Shown: positions 30,829 to 42,367 of the stretch, in pieces
Position numbering within the stretch: the first letter of the stretch is position 1
How the letters are laid out: the number at the start of each line of letters is the position of its first letter
Assembly (NCBI GenBank): GCA_963662405.2
Contig: CAXXKT010000003.1
Location: 499,956-563,955 of the forward strand
From: Syntrophales bacterium
GTDB taxonomy: Bacteria; Desulfobacterota; Syntrophia; Syntrophales; UBA2210
Length of the DNA: 64,000 nt
Reading direction: 5' to 3'
Program-made: the position numbers and the translations under genes
The notes under the pieces: model-generated
The model's database searches: none
The model's input: the letters and a program-made list of their open reading frames with translations, nothing else
Told to the model about the DNA's origin: nothing

Positions 30829-31476
30829 TTAACGGAGGAGACTCCCCATCCTGCTCCACCTGACGTCATGGTCCTCCTTATTCCAGGACCAGTATATGAT
30901 GAAGGCCTTTCCCAAGACGTCTTCCAGATTTACGAATCCCCAGAATCGGCTGTCGTAACTCTGATCCCGGTTGTCTCCCATAACGAACAGGCGCCCCTCC
31001 GGGACCGTGACGGGGCCGAAATTGTCTCGTGGTTGCATTGATGCCGGGAATACCAGGCTGTCGGTATAGACACCATGGCCGTCATCGTAGAGGGATCCGT
31101 TCAGATATATCTTTTTGTCTCTGATCGCGATCGTATCCCCCGCAATGCCGACCACCCGTTTTATAAAATCCTTCTTCCTGTCCACCGGGTATATGAAGAC
31201 GACGATGTCACCCCTCTGGGGATCACCGATGGGCATCAGTGTCTTGCGGATGAAGGGGATTTTGATCCCGTAGGTAAATTTATTGACAAGGAGATGATCC
31301 CCTATCAGGAGGGTTGGCTTCATCGAGCCGGAGGGTATCTTGAATGCCTGAACGACAAAGGTCCTGATAAAGAGGGCTATCAGTATCGCTATGATGATCG
31401 CTTCCGCATATTCCCTGATTGCGCTTTTCCTGTTCGTGCCCATATCGTTTCCCGGTTTCTTGTGCGTCCGTTTCAT
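30829..31476 (-). CDS. lepB: Signal peptidase I
   Basis: AFKIPSGSMKPTL..GD, FIKRVVG, MGDNRDQSYDSRFWG. Confidence 0.96.
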   Translation of the reverse strand: MKRTHKKPGNDMGTNRKSAIREYAEAIIIAILIALFIRTFVVQAFKIPSGSMKPTLLIGDHLLVNKFTYGIKIPFIRKTLMPIGDPQRGDIVVFIYPVDRKKDFIKRVVGIAGDTIAIRDKKIYLNGSLYDDGHGVYTDSLVFPASMQPRDNFGPVTVPEGRLFVMGDNRDQSYDSRFWGFVNLEDVLGKAFIIYWSWNKEDHDVRWSRMGSLLR

Positions 31477-31482
31477 ATCTTC

Positions 31483-31995
31483 TCAGAAATAGAGCGCCGA
31501 CATCGTGATTACGATCATGACGATCGCCAGAGAGCCCTTGACCAGTACGCCAGCAATCTTCCCCATCAGAGCCCCATACCCCGCCCTGAATGACGGTTTC
31601 AGCTTTCGCTCTTCGAAATATTCTCCCAGAAAGGCCCCGACAAAGCCTCCGAGAAAGACACCTATGACGGCACCCAGTCCCATGAGAAGGGGGACCATTA
31701 AGATGGCCCCGATGATCCCCCCTATGATGGAGAGGACGATCCCGGTCTTTGAAGAGCCATACTTTCGGACCCCGGCGATTCCCATCAGAAAATCAACCAC
31801 CTCCGCCAGGAGGGAAAGAACGACAAGGGTGACAATAATCTTCCAGCCGATCTTCTCGAACCCGGTAATCAGGGCGTAGGCAACAACATCCCCCAGGATC
31901 AGAAAGGTTCCCGGGAAGCCGAATATGATGGAGAAGACGCCAATGAACAGTATGATAACAAATATCGTCAGCCCGGTTGCTTCCAGGAGAGGCAC
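31483..31995 (-). CDS. DUF456-family membrane protein
   Basis: Gly-rich TM helices, PGT motif, GVRKYGSSK..GGIIG..GAFLGE. Confidence 0.8.
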   Translation of the reverse strand: MPLLEATGLTIFVIILFIGVFSIIFGFPGTFLILGDVVAYALITGFEKIGWKIIVTLVVLSLLAEVVDFLMGIAGVRKYGSSKTGIVLSIIGGIIGAILMVPLLMGLGAVIGVFLGGFVGAFLGEYFEERKLKPSFRAGYGALMGKIAGVLVKGSLAIVMIVITMSALYF

Positions 31996-31999
31996 CGTA

Positions 32000-32917
32000 T
32001 CATTTCCTCTTTTCCTTTGAAGGCCAGATGGATTCCCAGGCCAGGACCGTGGGACTGGCTACGAATACGGAGGAATAGGTACCGACGACCACTCCCACCA
32101 GGAGGGCGAAGGCAAAGTCATGGATCACCGCACCACCCAGGAAATACAGGGCAAGGACGACCAGGAGTGTCGTAGCCGATGTCAAGACCGTCCTGCTCAG
32201 CACCTGATTGATGCTCGTATTGACGAGGTCTCGCAGGGGCTGTTTCCGTTCCGCTTTGATATTTTCCCGTATACGATCATATACGACGATGGTGTCGTTG
32301 AGGGAGTAACCGATGATCGTCAGCAGGGCGGCGATAATCGGGAGCGTGAATTCTTTCCCCAAGAGGGAAAAGATCCCAACGGTAATGACGACGTCGTGGA
32401 TCAGGGCGGCGATTGCACCGACGGCGTAGCGGAGCTCGAATCGCCAGGTGACGTAGATCAGGATACCGATCACTGCGTACAGCATCGCGAGCATTCCCTT
32501 TTCTCTCAAGTCCTTTCCCACTTTTGGTCCTACGACCTCAACCCTTCGAATCTCGGTGTTTTCCTTGCCGTATCTTGTCCCCAGCGCCTCGGCTATCTTG
32601 TCCGATAACCCCTCGAGTTCTGAACTGGATCGCTCCGTCTTGATCAGAAACTCGTTGTTGGCGCGGTACCCGAACCGCTGGATGATGCTGTTTCCGAGGC
32701 CGATGGCCGCGAGGGAATCCCGGATCCCCTCGGCGGTTGCTTCCTGGGAAAATTTGACCTGCACCTGTGTCCCTCCGGCGAAATCGATACCCAGGTTGGG
32801 TCCGCCATGCAGCAGTAAAGACAAGATGCTGATGATGATCACAATGAGCGATCCTCCTATTGCCACCTTCATCTTTCCGACAAGATCAATATTGATTCCG
32901 GGCCGTATTATTTCCAT
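32000..32917 (-). CDS. secF: Protein translocase subunit SecF
   Basis: LGIDFAGG, VGPKVG, HDV, GYSLNDTIVVYDRIRE, GTYSS. Confidence 0.97.
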   Translation of the reverse strand: MEIIRPGINIDLVGKMKVAIGGSLIVIIISILSLLLHGGPNLGIDFAGGTQVQVKFSQEATAEGIRDSLAAIGLGNSIIQRFGYRANNEFLIKTERSSSELEGLSDKIAEALGTRYGKENTEIRRVEVVGPKVGKDLREKGMLAMLYAVIGILIYVTWRFELRYAVGAIAALIHDVVITVGIFSLLGKEFTLPIIAALLTIIGYSLNDTIVVYDRIRENIKAERKQPLRDLVNTSINQVLSRTVLTSATTLLVVLALYFLGGAVIHDFAFALLVGVVVGTYSSVFVASPTVLAWESIWPSKEKRK

Positions 32918-32954
32918 TCCTATCTCCGTTCCAGTCAGGATTATGGTTCTGTAA

Positions 32955-34553
32955 TTATATCTTTATCCTCTTGATATTTCTATCCCACACAAAATAGTCG
33001 TAGATGGTCCTCGTTACAAAAATAGCGGTGAACATGCTGCATACGATACCGATGCTGAGGGTCACCGCAAACCCCTTGACCGGACCCGTCCCGAACTGGA
33101 AGAGCACCAAAGCGGCGATCAGTGTGGTCACATTGGCATCGACAATGGTGCTCAGGGCCTTCGAATACCCTCCTGCTATCGATGCCCGGGGAGATTTCCC
33201 CAATCTCAGTTCTTCCCGGACCCGCTCGAATATAAGGACATTCGCATCCACGGCCATACCGATGGTGAGGACGATGCCGGCGATTCCGGGGAGGGTGAGC
33301 GTTGCCCTGAATGCCGCAAGGGCTCCCATGATGAGGACTATATTCAGGAATAGCGCCACATCGGCGACGATTCCTGAAAGATTATAGTATACGACCATAA
33401 AGAGAATAACCAGGATGCTCCCCACGATGATAGAGAGAACTCCCTTGTCGATGGAGTCCTGACCGAGAGAGGGACCGACGGTCCTTTGCTCCAGGATCCT
33501 GACGGGGGCCGGCAGGGCGCCTGCCCTCAGAACGATGGCAAGGTCGTGTGCCTCCTCCATCGTGAATGATCCGGTAATCTGAGCATTACCCCCTGAGATT
33601 CGCTCCTGTATGACGGGTGCGGAGTGAACGATGCCGTCCAGAACGATAGCCAGTCGCTTCTTGACATTTTGGGCCGTTATACGCTCGAAGTCGCGTGCGC
33701 CTTGAGAATCGAACTTCAGAGAGACATAGGGTTCGCCGAATCGGTTGCTGATAGTCACCTTGGCATCCTCCAAGGATTCACCCGTCAGGAGGGTCTTTCT
33801 CTTGAGGAGATACGGGGTCTTGATCCTTCGTCCCGTTTCCCTCTCCTCCTTATATCCGTAGGCAACTACGTCACCGGGGGGAACCTTTCCGCCCAGGGCA
33901 TCATCCAAGCTGTGCTCCTCGTCCAGGAGTTTGAACTCGAGAAGCGCTGTTTTCCCGATCAGGTTGATTGCCCTTTGGGGATCCTTGATCCCGGGGAGCT
34001 GGATCAGAATCCGATCCTTTCCCTGAGGGATAATCTCCGGCTCGGAGACGCCGAACTCGTCCACCCGGTTCCGGATGGTCTCGAGGCTTTGCTCGAGGGC
34101 GAACTTTTCTATCGAATCGATCTGTTTGTCTTTCAGCTCCAGCCAGATTTTTTCTCTCCCCTCGGTGATCTGCGAAGACTTGATGGCAAGATTAGGGAAG
34201 GTATCCTTGAGGACCTTTTCGAATTGGATACGCGACTGACTGTCGGCCAGTTCGAGGGTCGTGAAGGTTCCCCCCTCACGGTCCAGATGCTTGAACCTGA
34301 CGCGCTCCTCCATGAGCACCTCTTTCAGGTTGTTTGAGATTCGCTCCATGGCGCTCTCGATCGCCTTTTGGGTCTCTACCTCCAGGACCAAGTGCATTCC
34401 CCCCTGGAGATCGAGACCCAGGTGAATCTTGTCCGTGTTGTCCTTCCAGAGGGAGGGAAGCTTGTCCGTGATGGAGGGCATGAGAAAGAAGAGTGCGGAT
34501 GCAACGACAACGAGCGTGACAATGGTCCGTGCCTTGATGTTTTTCCCTGACAT
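32955..34553 (-). CDS. secD: Protein translocase subunit SecD
   Basis: LGLDLQGG, RNRVDEFGVSEP, LRAGALPAP, VGPSLG, GMAVDANVLIFER. Confidence 0.98.
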   Translation of the reverse strand: MSGKNIKARTIVTLVVVASALFFLMPSITDKLPSLWKDNTDKIHLGLDLQGGMHLVLEVETQKAIESAMERISNNLKEVLMEERVRFKHLDREGGTFTTLELADSQSRIQFEKVLKDTFPNLAIKSSQITEGREKIWLELKDKQIDSIEKFALEQSLETIRNRVDEFGVSEPEIIPQGKDRILIQLPGIKDPQRAINLIGKTALLEFKLLDEEHSLDDALGGKVPPGDVVAYGYKEERETGRRIKTPYLLKRKTLLTGESLEDAKVTISNRFGEPYVSLKFDSQGARDFERITAQNVKKRLAIVLDGIVHSAPVIQERISGGNAQITGSFTMEEAHDLAIVLRAGALPAPVRILEQRTVGPSLGQDSIDKGVLSIIVGSILVILFMVVYYNLSGIVADVALFLNIVLIMGALAAFRATLTLPGIAGIVLTIGMAVDANVLIFERVREELRLGKSPRASIAGGYSKALSTIVDANVTTLIAALVLFQFGTGPVKGFAVTLSIGIVCSMFTAIFVTRTIYDYFVWDRNIKRIKI

Positions 34554-34574
34554 GTGAGTTCCTTTCGCTCTTCC

Positions 34575-34898
34575 CTACGAAGTTGCCTTTTGCGTAACAC
34601 CTGCAATGTGACTCCGGGAAACCTTGACCTTGATCTTGTCGGCGACTTCCAGGGTTACAATTTGTTCGGTGATGGCGGAAATCTTCCCGTGCAGCCCGCC
34701 TGCGGTGACGACCATATCCCCATGAGCGAGGTTGTCGAGCATCGCTTTCGTCTCTTTCTGCTTCTTCTGTTGTGGTCTGATAAGAAGAAAATAGAAAATA
34801 GCGAAGATCGCGATCATGACAAAGATGAAGTTCATGTCGCCTCCGGCGGCTCCTCCTCCGCCTCCGCCTGCTCCCATCGCGTATGCTATACCGGTCAT
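34575..34898 (-). CDS. yajC: Preprotein translocase subunit YajC
   Basis: FYFLLIRPQQKKQK..GDMVVTAGGLHG; lies between tgt and secD. Confidence 0.96.
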   Translation of the reverse strand: MTGIAYAMGAGGGGGGAAGGDMNFIFVMIAIFAIFYFLLIRPQQKKQKETKAMLDNLAHGDMVVTAGGLHGKISAITEQIVTLEVADKIKVKVSRSHIAGVTQKATS

Positions 34899-34922
34899 TG
34901 TATTCGATCCTCCTTGCAGTTG

Positions 34923-37126
<2,204 letters not shown>

Positions 37127-37217
37127 GCCGAATCCGGGGAGATAATCAGAAAGAACGGGGAAAGTCAATAGGGAATTGAAAGATGTAGCGCTTCGTTATT
37201 GCAAGAAATTTTTGATA

Positions 37218-37403
37218 TCAGTTTTTCCCGAGGTAGACGAGGACAAGACCGGCAATGACCGATGCCAGTCCTATCATCCTGAGTGCGCTCTCAGGGGTGT
37301 CGAGGACCTTCAGGAGATATGACTTGATCTTGTCGGGGAAGGCAAAATAGGGGAGGCCTTCTATGACCAGTACCATCCCGATGACACAGAGGAAAAACTT
37401 CAT
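37218..37403 (-). CDS. DUF2065 (YjeT-like) small membrane protein
   Basis: MKFFLCVIGMVLVIEGLPYFAFP...LRMIGL; ATGA overlap with mazG. Confidence 0.85.
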   Translation of the reverse strand: MKFFLCVIGMVLVIEGLPYFAFPDKIKSYLLKVLDTPESALRMIGLASVIAGLVLVYLGKN

Positions 37404-38212
37404 CGCGTGCTCTCCCTGTCCATTTCTGTTTCCTTTGCCGCTTCCCAAAGAGCGTCCATTTCTTCCATCGATGCGTCCTGGGGAAACACCCCCTTTTCTT
37501 TCAGCTTCTCCTCGATATAGGAGAATCGAGTGACGAATTTATCCAGTGAGGCGCGGAGGGCCTCTTCCGGGTCCGTCTCGACGAAACGGCACAGATTGAC
37601 GAGCGAGAGGAACATATCACCGATTTCTCCCTGTATATGCTCCGCCTGTTTCTTCTCAATGGCTTCCTTCAGTTCTCCCAGTTCCTCTTCGATCTTCTCC
37701 ACGACGCCGGCGGTTTCTTTCCAGTCGAAGCCTCTTCGTGCCGCCCGGTCGGCGATCTTGTGCGCCGCCCTGAGGAGGGGCATGGCACGCGGGACGGCAT
37801 TGATCGGTGCGCTTTCGTTTTCCCCCCTGCCTCGCTCGCGATTCTTGATGCGCTCCCAGTTGGTACGGACCTCTTCGACCTCGATATCCCGTTGGTTTTT
37901 AAAGACGTGGGGATGGCGGAGGATCATTTTTTCCGATACGTCGTTCGCAACTGCCGAGAGGGTAAATTCCCCTGCTTCCTCCGCCATCTTCGCCAGAAAG
38001 ACGATCTGGAAGAGGACATCGCCGAGTTCCTCCTTTATCCCCGCCGTGGAGCCACGATCTATTTCGTCAATCAGTTCGTAGACCTCATCAAGGAGGTATC
38101 TCCCTATATCCTCCCTTCGCTGCCGACGATCCCAAGGACACCCATCCGGTCCCCGCAGCCGTTCAATGGCCTCCTCGATCAGCTGGATGCCGTTTCCCCT
38201 GAGTTCTTCCAA
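37400..38212 (-). CDS. mazG: Nucleoside triphosphate pyrophosphohydrolase (tandem-domain MazG)
   Basis: LRGPDGCPWD, EELGDVLFQ, RHPHVF, GFDW, EIGD. Confidence 0.94.
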   Translation of the reverse strand: MEELRGNGIQLIEEAIERLRGPDGCPWDRRQRREDIGRYLLDEVYELIDEIDRGSTAGIKEELGDVLFQIVFLAKMAEEAGEFTLSAVANDVSEKMILRHPHVFKNQRDIEVEEVRTNWERIKNRERGRGENESAPINAVPRAMPLLRAAHKIADRAARRGFDWKETAGVVEKIEEELGELKEAIEKKQAEHIQGEIGDMFLSLVNLCRFVETDPEEALRASLDKFVTRFSYIEEKLKEKGVFPQDASMEEMDALWEAAKETEMDRESTR

Positions 38213-38221
38213 TGGTTCTCC

Positions 38222-39532
38222 TTATCTTACCAGGAATACATCCCGGTCTCTGTCTTGAAAGTAACGGTAGTGATAGGTGTCTTTATCGGTTGCCTCGAAG
38301 AGTTCCTCTCCCCGTTTTCTGCATGCGGGGCACCCCTGGCCCGGGACGATAACCGCGAAGATCCGGTTGCCCGTGCTTGCCTCGGAATCGATGGTGATGA
38401 GACCGCCGCACTCATCGCAGATACGCACCGTCTCTTCCTGGTGCTCGGTAATCATATCGGTGTCATAGAAGATGCTCCGGTCGCGATGCAGGACCTCTTT
38501 CCCCTTGACGAGGGCGGTCCTTCGGGATTCTCGGTTTTTCCACAGATCGTAGATGGCGGTAATCTGCTGCTCGATATAGCGGCTTGTCTGCGGTGTCTGT
38601 CTCGTGGTGTCCGGGTCGTAGTCCGGTTCCCTGACCTGACTGTAGTCGATCCCGGCCATGGCGAGGATGATCCCCACGTTGACATAGGGCAGGGCGCTTT
38701 CTATGGAGTAGCCCCCCTCGAGGACGGCGATGTCGGGGGAGAGCCGGTCGTTCAGGATCGCATATCCCTGAGCGGAAAATGACATATTGGTAATCGGATC
38801 GCTGTAGTGATTGTCTTGCCCCGCCGAATTGATGACCAGGTCCGGCTTGAATTCGTCCAGTATGGGGAGGATCAGGTTATCCAGGGTGAAGAGGAAGCCC
38901 TCGTCCGATGTGTTCGGAGGGAGCGGTACGTTAATGGTGGTGCCGAGGGCATTCGGTCCCCCGAATTCGTCCGTGAACCCTGAACCCGGGTAGAGTGTTC
39001 TCCCGTCCTGGTGGATCGATATGAAGAGGGTGTCGGGGTCATGCCAGAAGATGTCCTGGGATCCGTCGCCGTGGTGACAGTCGGTATCAACGATGGCGAT
39101 CCTTTTGGGGCCGTACCGGCGGCGGATGTATTCGATCATGATCGCTTCGATGTTGATGTTGCAGAACCCCCTGGCACCGTGGACGACCCGCATGGCGTGG
39201 TGCCCGGGAGGGCGCACCAGCGCGAAGGCGTTATCGACTTCTTTCCGCATTACCTTCTCGGCGGCCGTAATTGCTCCACCGGCCGAAATCAGGTGCGATT
39301 GGGTGATGACGCTCGGGGCGTCCGGGACACAGATATGGATGCGGTTGATGTCCTCGACGGTGGCAAGCCCCGGTTTGAATTCAATGATATTCTCCAGGTC
39401 CAAGAGCCCCTCCTCGACGACTTGATCCTGCGTGTAGAGGAGCCGTTCCTCTCGTTCAGGGTGAGTCGCCGATATCGCCCAGTCGAAGGCGGGGAAAAAT
39501 ACCAGGCCGGTTTTTTTTCTGTTATCTGCCAT
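38222..39532 (-). CDS. Histone-deacetylase-family amidohydrolase with a C-terminal CxxC...CxxC region
   Basis: HPE, RPPGHHA, GFC, DTDCHHGDG, SAGQD, LEGGY; CDECG/CPAC. Confidence 0.9.
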   Translation of the reverse strand: MADNRKKTGLVFFPAFDWAISATHPEREERLLYTQDQVVEEGLLDLENIIEFKPGLATVEDINRIHICVPDAPSVITQSHLISAGGAITAAEKVMRKEVDNAFALVRPPGHHAMRVVHGARGFCNINIEAIMIEYIRRRYGPKRIAIVDTDCHHGDGSQDIFWHDPDTLFISIHQDGRTLYPGSGFTDEFGGPNALGTTINVPLPPNTSDEGFLFTLDNLILPILDEFKPDLVINSAGQDNHYSDPITNMSFSAQGYAILNDRLSPDIAVLEGGYSIESALPYVNVGIILAMAGIDYSQVREPDYDPDTTRQTPQTSRYIEQQITAIYDLWKNRESRRTALVKGKEVLHRDRSIFYDTDMITEHQEETVRICDECGGLITIDSEASTGNRIFAVIVPGQGCPACRKRGEELFEATDKDTYHYRYFQDRDRDVFLVR

Positions 39533-41204
39533 CGGATACCTCCTGTCTGAACCCCGCAATAAGTCCCGGTTTCACCTGGGCCTTGATCCGTATGTTCTTC
39601 CCGGTCGTGGATCCCATCCCCCTGACCATGTTGAAGACCTGGTCTTCGATGATCTCCATCTCGAGGTCGTCTTCTGCGGCTCCCATCCTGAGTGCCCTTG
39701 TTCGGAGGGTAGTATCGCACAGATCGATCGCCTCCTGGTGACTGAAGGTGCGGGGGATGTCGTTTTGTATTCCCTCCTCAGGGATGATCACCTCGCCCCT
39801 TTCCGTGTCGGCCAGGAGGGTTACCTCGGTCGTTACCCGGGCGAGGGCGGCTCCGATTGCGTTGGCGACCTCGGCGTGTACGGGGACACGGGCAGGAATG
39901 CCGAATAATTCTTCCAGGTGTGGCGCCATCGGTCCGGCGGGTCCTCCGACGACATAGACTACCGAGGGGGTGATCCGCTTTCCCTCAAATATCTCATGAA
40001 CGGTATAGACCGGTTTGTTATTGATTTCTTCGAGCATCTCCCGAACTGCGGAGGAGATCATATGGCAGGTCAGGTCGAATATCTCCTGAGCTGTGCTCTC
40101 AACGGCACCTCCCCGGAGTTCGGCTATCTTCCGGATGGCCTCGCTCGCCTGCTCCCGATTTCCGATCTCCGTGAGGCCGAGGACGATCATGGCGTCCGTC
40201 GGTGTTGGGGACGGACCGCCGAAGGCTGCCGCCGGTCCGTCGCGTTCGGGGCCGATGGTAAGCACGCCATCGCCATACCCGACCCTGCTGTCTCCGCCCA
40301 CCCCGATGGAATGGGTCAGAAGCCCCCGGATGAGCGTTTTGTGCCCCCCGATAGTCACCCCCAAAGGTTCAAGGAGAGGAACGCCGTCGGCGAGGATTGC
40401 TATGTCCGTGGTCGTTCCACCGATATCAAGGGCCACGGCATCCTCTTTGCCGTCTGTTAGGCTCAGGATTCCCATGATACTGGCGGCGGGCCCGGAGAGG
40501 ATCGAACCAACGGGATAACCCGTGGACTGGCTGATTCTGGAGGTGCCTCCGTCCGCTTTCAGGATGTAGACGGGGGCGGTGACGTGCATATGGTTCACGA
40601 AGTCAGTCACGTTAGTGCCGAAGGCGTTGTAGGTGTCCCATATTGCGGCATTGAGATAGGTGGTTGCAATTCGCCGGGGGAAATTGAGGTTTCCCGACAT
40701 GCGGTGCCCAAAAGACAGGTGCCTGAACCTGTCGCCCAGCATATTGCCGATGCCGGTCTCCAGGGCGGGATTTCGCGTGGAAAATTTTCCGACGATCCCC
40801 ACGTGTTCGATGTGTTCCTTTTCAAAGATATCGACGATGCAGGCAATCTCGCCATGGTCCGTTCCGGCGATCTCGATCCCCCGGTGGTTGACATAGCCGG
40901 AACTAAAATGGGTGTCTTCGCCGATCCTGAGCAATGCGGGGGAAAGACCGGGACCTCCCGCCAGGATCATTCCGACCCGGCTGGTCTTCCCCTGTACGAT
41001 GGCATTGGTCGATATCGTCGTGCTGAGGACGATTCGGTCGATTGAGGCGGGATCCTCACCACCGAAGAGTTCTTTCGTCACGGCGATGAGCGATTCTATC
41101 AGGTTTCCCTGGTTTGTGGCGACTTTCGCTTTTTTCCTGATACGGAGTGCGTCCAGCAGGACCGCATCGGTGTGTGTTCCCCCAACATCAATCCCTATGA
41201 TCAT
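39522..41204 (-). CDS. Hydantoinase A / oxoprolinase-family ATPase
   Basis: GIDVGGTHTD, STTISTNAI, SILSGPAAS, DIGGTTTD, GPAAFGG..PTPTDA, ANAIGAA. Confidence 0.9.
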   Translation of the reverse strand: MIIGIDVGGTHTDAVLLDALRIRKKAKVATNQGNLIESLIAVTKELFGGEDPASIDRIVLSTTISTNAIVQGKTSRVGMILAGGPGLSPALLRIGEDTHFSSGYVNHRGIEIAGTDHGEIACIVDIFEKEHIEHVGIVGKFSTRNPALETGIGNMLGDRFRHLSFGHRMSGNLNFPRRIATTYLNAAIWDTYNAFGTNVTDFVNHMHVTAPVYILKADGGTSRISQSTGYPVGSILSGPAASIMGILSLTDGKEDAVALDIGGTTTDIAILADGVPLLEPLGVTIGGHKTLIRGLLTHSIGVGGDSRVGYGDGVLTIGPERDGPAAAFGGPSPTPTDAMIVLGLTEIGNREQASEAIRKIAELRGGAVESTAQEIFDLTCHMISSAVREMLEEINNKPVYTVHEIFEGKRITPSVVYVVGGPAGPMAPHLEELFGIPARVPVHAEVANAIGAALARVTTEVTLLADTERGEVIIPEEGIQNDIPRTFSHQEAIDLCDTTLRTRALRMGAAEDDLEMEIIEDQVFNMVRGMGSTTGKNIRIKAQVKPGLIAGFRQEVSDGR

Positions 41205-41329
41205 AGCCTCTCCCCGTACCCTGATTTATCAAAAATGCCTATCACAGGGCGCTATCCCCAGTCAATTTATCATTTGCCGCCGTTGCCTCGGGAGGGGAAC
41301 GGCGACATGTGTGGCGGCGTTCGATCCGT

Positions 41330-41371
41330 GATTACATAATCGTAATTTAGATTACACGATTTCACGTAATC
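41330..41371. promoter_or_regulatory. Candidate enhancer (UAS) made of alternating GATTAC/GTAAT(C) half-sites
   Basis: GATTAC 41330, GTAAT 41342, GATTAC 41350, GTAATC 41366; about 160-200 bp upstream of a sigma54 motif. Confidence 0.5.
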
Positions 41372-41528
41372 TCCTCCATGCGGCGAGGGAGCTGTCTTTA
41401 TCCCGCCGGTTTTCAGGGGTAGGGACCGAGACATCCTGCAATCATAAATGCATGAGATAAGAGAACATATTCTGCCAGATTTTTTGCTTTTTCCTGGTGA
41501 ACCCCATGCAGCTGCTCTTCGGTCCCCC

Positions 41529-41543
41529 TGGCCTGTTTCTTGC
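41529..41543 (+). promoter_or_regulatory. Sigma54 (-24/-12) promoter of the PEP-CTERM gene
   Basis: TGGC-CTGTTTC-TTGC (GG-N10-GC), 79 nt before the ATG. Confidence 0.65.
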
Positions 41544-41621
41544 CCCTACAAACTATGGGTGCTGGCGTCCGGAGTACTGATCCGGTCGATTCTATCGATA
41601 TCCGGCTTGGAGGAAAGAACA

Positions 41622-42266
41622 ATGAAGAGAATGCTGGTGGGGGTCATATTACTGTTGTGTGTTGCAACGAACGGCTGGGCAACGTACACGGGGAGTCTTG
41701 ATGGCTCTTCCACCTTATCCGGGACGGGGAGCTGGGAAAGTGCATCCCTGAGCTGGAATGTCAGTGTATTTGAGGATATCTGGACCTACCATTACAACTT
41801 CTCCGTGCCGGAGAAGGGGATCAGTCATCTGATCTTTGAGGTCTCCAGCACCTTTGATAGCAGGAATATCTATGCGGGAACGACCGAAGGGTATCAGCTT
41901 GATAGTTATGGCGATAACGGGAATCCCGGCATCCTCGGCTCGATCTATGGCCTGAAATGGGATCTTGGAATCGACACGACTTCGGCATCAATTACCATCG
42001 TCACCGATCGGGCTCCCATGTGGGGTGATTTCTACGCGAAGGATGGTGTCGAGAAGATAGATGGCGTCAAGACAAATATCTTCGCGTACAACACGCAGTT
42101 CGGAAGCGACACCACCGCCTCAATCGGCAACGGTAACGCCGGAGGATGGGCGCTGGTACCCGATACCCATTCGGGTTCTGCCCCTGTGCCGGAACCGGGG
42201 ACGATGCTCCTCTTCGGTTTTGGTCTGATCGGCTTAGTGGGCGTGGGGGGAAAGCGGCTGCGGTAA
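41622..42266 (+). CDS. PEP-CTERM sorting-domain surface protein
   Basis: GGAGG RBS, signal peptide, Ser/Thr/Gly-rich body, PVPEPGTMLLFGFGLIGLVGVGGKRLR. Confidence 0.93.
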   Translation: MKRMLVGVILLLCVATNGWATYTGSLDGSSTLSGTGSWESASLSWNVSVFEDIWTYHYNFSVPEKGISHLIFEVSSTFDSRNIYAGTTEGYQLDSYGDNGNPGILGSIYGLKWDLGIDTTSASITIVTDRAPMWGDFYAKDGVEKIDGVKTNIFAYNTQFGSDTTASIGNGNAGGWALVPDTHSGSAPVPEPGTMLLFGFGLIGLVGVGGKRLR

Positions 42267-42367
42267 GGATTTCTCTGAGCCGGGAGGGTCTTGTCTGTCT
42301 GGGTTCAACACCACATTCATTCCCGACACCGGAGATATCCCGGTTATGCGGAAAAGCGGGGACGCGA

